Assembly (NCBI GenBank): GCA_019056785.1
Contig: DXJV01000093.1
Location: 1 to 10,605 of the forward strand
Direction: 5' to 3'
DNA: 10,605 bases
Source: Candidatus Heimdallarchaeota archaeon
GTDB lineage: Archaea > Asgardarchaeota > Heimdallarchaeia > JABLTI01
Every line of letters starts with the position of its first letter. Within the stretch, counting starts at the first letter, position 1. Shown one piece after another: positions 7,480-10,605 of this stretch. The notes under the pieces were generated by a model. The model saw only the letters and a list, made by a program, of their open reading frames with translations. It did no database searches and was not told the origin of the DNA. The translations under genes were made by a program, and so were the position numbers.

Positions 7480-8832
7480 ATGATGCATAAACTAAGAAAC
7501 TCTACTCTACTTGTTTTTATCTCCCTTTTGATCTTAGGTCAGTTAGGTGCTCCTCTTATGGTTTCTGGTTATGAAATTAGTGACATAACCGTTACTACAA
7601 AATGGACCTTTGATACTGGGACCCAAATTGAAACTTCTCCGGCAATAGGGGATTTATTGGGAGATAGCCACTACGAAATTGTTGTAGCAGATAACTATAA
7701 CAAAACTATTTATTGCCTTGACTATCAAGGAAACTTACTTTGGAATGTCACTCTTCCGAAGATTATCGAGAGCAGTCCTGTTGTCCGGGACATAAATGAA
7801 GACGGGAACAACGAGGTTCTAATTGCGGCAACCGATTTCCTCTGTTATTCGAACCTTGGTGTCTTGCTCTGGAATGTTTCTATCTCGGGTGAAATTTTTA
7901 GAACGGAAGCCGCTGTTGCAGACATTAATAATGATGGTCATGATGAGGTAATTGTTCATACACAAAAATTTGTTTTTTGTTTGGATGGACAAGGCCACCA
8001 GCTTTGGAACTACACAACAACCGGCTCATTACAAGGAACGGCCCTTCTAGTTGATTTAAACAACGATAATCATCTCGAGGTTCTCCTCGGTAATGAGAAT
8101 ACAAATGTCACTTGCTTGAATGATGCCGGCAGCTATGTTTGGCATTATTATTCTAGAAAGTATATTAGTGGTTCAATCCAAGCAGCTGATTTAGGGAATG
8201 ATGGGAAAATTGAAGTCCTTTTTGGTGCGCAAGATACGTTCTTTTGCTTAAATGCTACCGGTTTCCAACAATGGAACTATACTATTCCTTCAACCACTTG
8301 GGGTTTTAGTAAGAGCACTCCAACTATTGGCGATTTGACAAATAATGGAAAGTTTGAGATCCTCATTGGTGATTTAGATGGGTATCTCTATTGTATTGAA
8401 GAGAATGGCTCTCTTCTTTGGCACTATGATTTAGGGAACCTCCTCATAACTCAACCTCGGCTTTACGACTTTAATGCCGATGGTACCTTTGAGATTGTTA
8501 TAACAAACGACCGTCTCCATTTCCTCTATGCTAATGGTACCACAATTAGCGACTATTCGATGTCACCTATTTATTCCGACCCCATCCTTTTTGACTTTGA
8601 TTTGAATGGCAAGGTGGACCTTGTAATTAACTCCTACCCACATTCGACTATCCTAACTGACTTAACTGTCGAAGAAAATACTCCCAGCCCCACTCCCAGC
8701 CCGAGCCCGAGCCCCAGCCCCAGTCCAAGCCCTTCAACCAGCGACACAGGTATAGGTGCTGCTGTTGTTATAGCCTCGCTTATTAGTAGTATGGCTCTAT
8801 TCGTCATCTTACGTAAAAGGAAGTACCTTTAG
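7480..8832 (+). CDS. FG-GAP/VCBS-like beta-propeller surface protein with Ser/Pro linker and C-terminal anchor
   Basis: About 8 repeats of W..I.SSP.(I/V).D(L/I)NxDG..E(V/I)....YCL...G...W with Ca-binding-type DxNxDG loops. Signal peptide, TPSPTPSPSP linker, and TM plus RKRK tail. Confidence 0.9.
   Translation: MMHKLRNSTLLVFISLLILGQLGAPLMVSGYEISDITVTTKWTFDTGTQIETSPAIGDLLGDSHYEIVVADNYNKTIYCLDYQGNLLWNVTLPKIIESSPVVRDINEDGNNEVLIAATDFLCYSNLGVLLWNVSISGEIFRTEAAVADINNDGHDEVIVHTQKFVFCLDGQGHQLWNYTTTGSLQGTALLVDLNNDNHLEVLLGNENTNVTCLNDAGSYVWHYYSRKYISGSIQAADLGNDGKIEVLFGAQDTFFCLNATGFQQWNYTIPSTTWGFSKSTPTIGDLTNNGKFEILIGDLDGYLYCIEENGSLLWHYDLGNLLITQPRLYDFNADGTFEIVITNDRLHFLYANGTTISDYSMSPIYSDPILFDFDLNGKVDLVINSYPHSTILTDLTVEENTPSPTPSPSPSPSPSPSPSTSDTGIGAAVVIASLISSMALFVILRKRKYL
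8680..8736 (+). repeat. Coding hexamer tandem repeat (CCNAGC-type) encoding a (Ser/Thr-Pro)n linker
   Basis: actcccagccccactcccagcccgagcccgagccccagccccagtccaagcccttca translates to TPSPTPSPSPSPSPSPSPS. Confidence 0.9.
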
Positions 8833-8875
8833 ACGAGAACATTTTAAGTAACAGACTAAAAAACATCTTTAGATT

Positions 8876-8920
8876 AGAGAAAAAGTCTCATCCTCTTTTT
8901 CTCTTTCTTTTCTTCTTTTT
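8876..8920 (+). terminator. Putative terminator: 10-bp inverted repeat plus T-rich tract between convergent genes
   Basis: AGAGAAAAAG (8876-8885) and CTTTTTCTCT (8895-8904) with a 9-nt loop, followed by ttcttttcttcttttt. Confidence 0.5.
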
Positions 8921-9001
8921 CAAAAAAAGCCAATTACTTGTTTTATTTTAATCATTTCTTTTAATTGAGCTTTTTCGAGAAACTTTTCTGAAAGATGCGT
9001 A

Positions 9002-9415
9002 TTAATCATCAACAACAACTTCATGACCGAGCGGGCAAATAGCAGTAGCATAATCAAAGAAACCATCGTCGATGATCATTTGGTAATTAGTCCAATGGTC
9101 TTTACAATAAGCCGCTTGGCACTTCGGGCAGTAAAACGAAATATTATCTCTGTAATCTCTGTAAAAGTCAAGAAACCGTTCGGTCAGTAATAATTGCCTT
9201 ATTCTCTCACTCTCCTGTTCGCTGATGGCTCTTGTTGCTCTTTGGAACGGGCCAATAATCTCGAGTGTCCAATTATTCTGAGGTACGTTTTGCATCTGTT
9301 TTTTATCACTTATTTTTATTGCTCTTTTTCTTGTTCTTTTTCTTTTCAGTCGGATTTTTCCGGCATTCCTCTGACAGAGAGCACATTTGTATTTGTATTG
9401 TATCCTTTTTGTTAT
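9002..9415 (-). CDS. Small Cys/His-rich zinc-binding hypothetical protein (CALC...CPKC-x4-CKDH...CPLGH)
   Basis: The ORF track gives 9002-9295, but the frame is open upstream to TAG 9430-9428 and includes YKCALCQRNAGKIRL. ATA 9415 is a tentative start. Confidence 0.7.
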   Translation of the reverse strand: MTKRIQYKYKCALCQRNAGKIRLKRKRTRKRAIKISDKKQMQNVPQNNWTLEIIGPFQRATRAISEQESERIRQLLLTERFLDFYRDYRDNISFYCPKCQAAYCKDHWTNYQMIIDDGFFDYATAICPLGHEVVVDD

Positions 9416-9522
9416 TGTTTTGCCCTTCTATTCTTACTCTTCGTTTATCTCTAGAATGGTTATCTAAATGATTTTCAGCACATTTTTTTGAGTAATTATT
9501 CTTTTTTATTTTTTGTGTATAA

Positions 9523-10179
9523 ATTGATGAGGTGTGAGAGGTTATCCGACTAATCACTTTTCGGGAAGGGCTCGGGGATAAACTCGTCCTTGGCGCTAAA
9601 CGGTTCTCTGAATAATTCAATGAAGATATGCAAAAATTAGTCAAGCATGTGAAAGGGCTCGATTTAATCAATGGTGATCCCCGAAGCATAAAGGCTTATG
9701 GTTTAACGTATACAATTGCTTCTTGCGGAGGGAACCATTTGTGCGCTTAACCCTTTTTCGAGTTAACTGGTAGAAAAGCAAAGAAACGATTTGGTACTGA
9801 AAAAGCAGTTGAGCAGCTGGTGGAAGAAGGAATGGTGGCGTTGGTGGTCTATTCAGAAAAGATCGCTTTATTGACCGACTTGCTCACCACGTGTAAGAAC
9901 ATTGGCCTTTGTATGGACATTCTCAACTTTGAGAATACTGCCAGACTTTAACTGATGCTACAGGAATATATTACTCACTCACCTACCTTCAAAAAAACAT
10001 GAACGATTCAATCGATCTCCGAAGAAAACTCAATGAAGAATTTGGTTTGAAGCCGGATGATGACGCCTTAATTGAACGCTTTTAAAAGAGCCACTCAAAT
10101 ATGGATCAACAAAAGGTTTGCTTGTGGACGGTGAGAGAATGTTAAAAAATACTATCAATTACATAATTGGAAGAGATAG
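9523..10179 (+). pseudogene. aor: Aldehyde:ferredoxin oxidoreductase (tungsten-pterin AOR/WOR family) C-terminal remnant
   Basis: Manual translation gives ITFREGLGDKLVLGAKR, HVKGLDLINGDPRSIKAYGLTYTIASCGGNHL, DLLTTCKN, DATGI, DDDALIERF/KEPLKYGSTKGLLVDGERMLK/YYQLHNW, which are AOR C-terminal motifs. Stops at 9535, 9613 and 9748, frameshifts near 9949, 10083 and 10148, and the 5' half is absent. Confidence 0.9.
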
Positions 10180-10514
10180 TCGATCGGTTCTGCTGTTTTG
10201 TAATTCATATTCTGTTTCATACGTTTTCTTCACCACCTCAGAAACCAAGTTGGTGAAAACTTCTTTAGTATCTTTTGTTACAACTCGAGATAATTTTTCT
10301 CCAAGGCCCACTTTTTCAACTTCAGTTATTTCTTCTTTGGTGTGTTTTGCGATTAATTTTGCAATTTTTTTCCGGCTTTTTTTTGAATGTTCGTTATTAT
10401 TGCTTGTAGTTTTTCTTTAGTAATAATTGTTTCTAAACCATCTTCAAGTTCTTCTTCAATTTCTTCCATCACTTCATCAAAGATGGTTTTTGCCAATCCT
10501 TCGAGTTCAGACAT
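10159..10514 (-). CDS. Frameshifted alpha-helical hypothetical protein (~118 aa if joined); pseudogene, recoded gene or assembly error
   Basis: MSELEGLAKTIFDEVMEEIEEELE...IQKKAGKK continues in the -1 frame as IAKLIAKHTKEEITEVEKVGLGEKLSRVVTKDTKEVFTNLVSEVVKKTYETEYELQ... to TAA 10161-10159. The switch lies in A8/A7 runs at 10384-10365. Confidence 0.65.
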
Positions 10515-10605
10515 TGTAGCAACTCGTGGGTGATTTTCATGGGAGATGTTCAATTATACGCGATAAACTTTTTTATTTATCCATGCTCGCTGAAGTGAAG
10601 GACAA

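Noticed and set aside
9523-10179. Stop-codon recoding (Sec/Pyl) or an alternative genetic code in the AOR sequence
   Set aside because: Two of the three stops are TAA, there are also frameshifts and a 5' truncation, and intact genes use TAA, TAG and TGA as normal stops.
9194-10420. ORFs 9194-9454, 9265-9471, 9306-9689 and 10118-10420
   Set aside because: Explained as antisense or off-frame readings of the zinc protein, the AOR remnant and the frameshifted gene. 10118-10420 begins with an AOR fragment (LVDGERMLK) and then runs antisense to the helical gene.
1-10605. CRISPR array, tRNA/rRNA, IS or integrase
   Set aside because: No regularly spaced repeats, RNA-gene signatures, terminal inverted repeats or recombinase motifs were seen. 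Periodicity within the propeller genes is at the protein level.

Overview
AT-rich, probably archaeal window. The Asgard/Heimdallarchaeia-like assignment is inferred from gene style only, as there is no marker gene. It encodes a zinc-ribbon membrane protein, two LVIVD-repeat beta-propeller surface proteins, a convergent PlsY-like acyltransferase and DegV/FakB pair, an FG-GAP/VCBS-type propeller with a Ser-Pro linker and C-terminal anchor, and a small two-zinc-site protein. Manual reading found four elements missing from the ORF track: (1) an orphan, diverged copy of the zinc-ribbon gene's 3' end (~2474-2654), so that each LVIVD gene sits convergent to a copy of that end, like a cassette insertion; (2) a decayed aldehyde:ferredoxin oxidoreductase pseudogene (9523-10179); (3) an in-frame N-terminal extension of the zinc protein with no canonical start before its CxxC; (4) a helical-protein gene split by a -1 frameshift at two tandem A-AAA-AAA heptamers. 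The most interesting candidate system is the PlsY-like/DegV pair: a bacterial-type acyl-lipid module in which both partners have altered acyl-phosphate or G3P-handling residues. No CRISPR array, RNA gene, integrase or transposase was seen.
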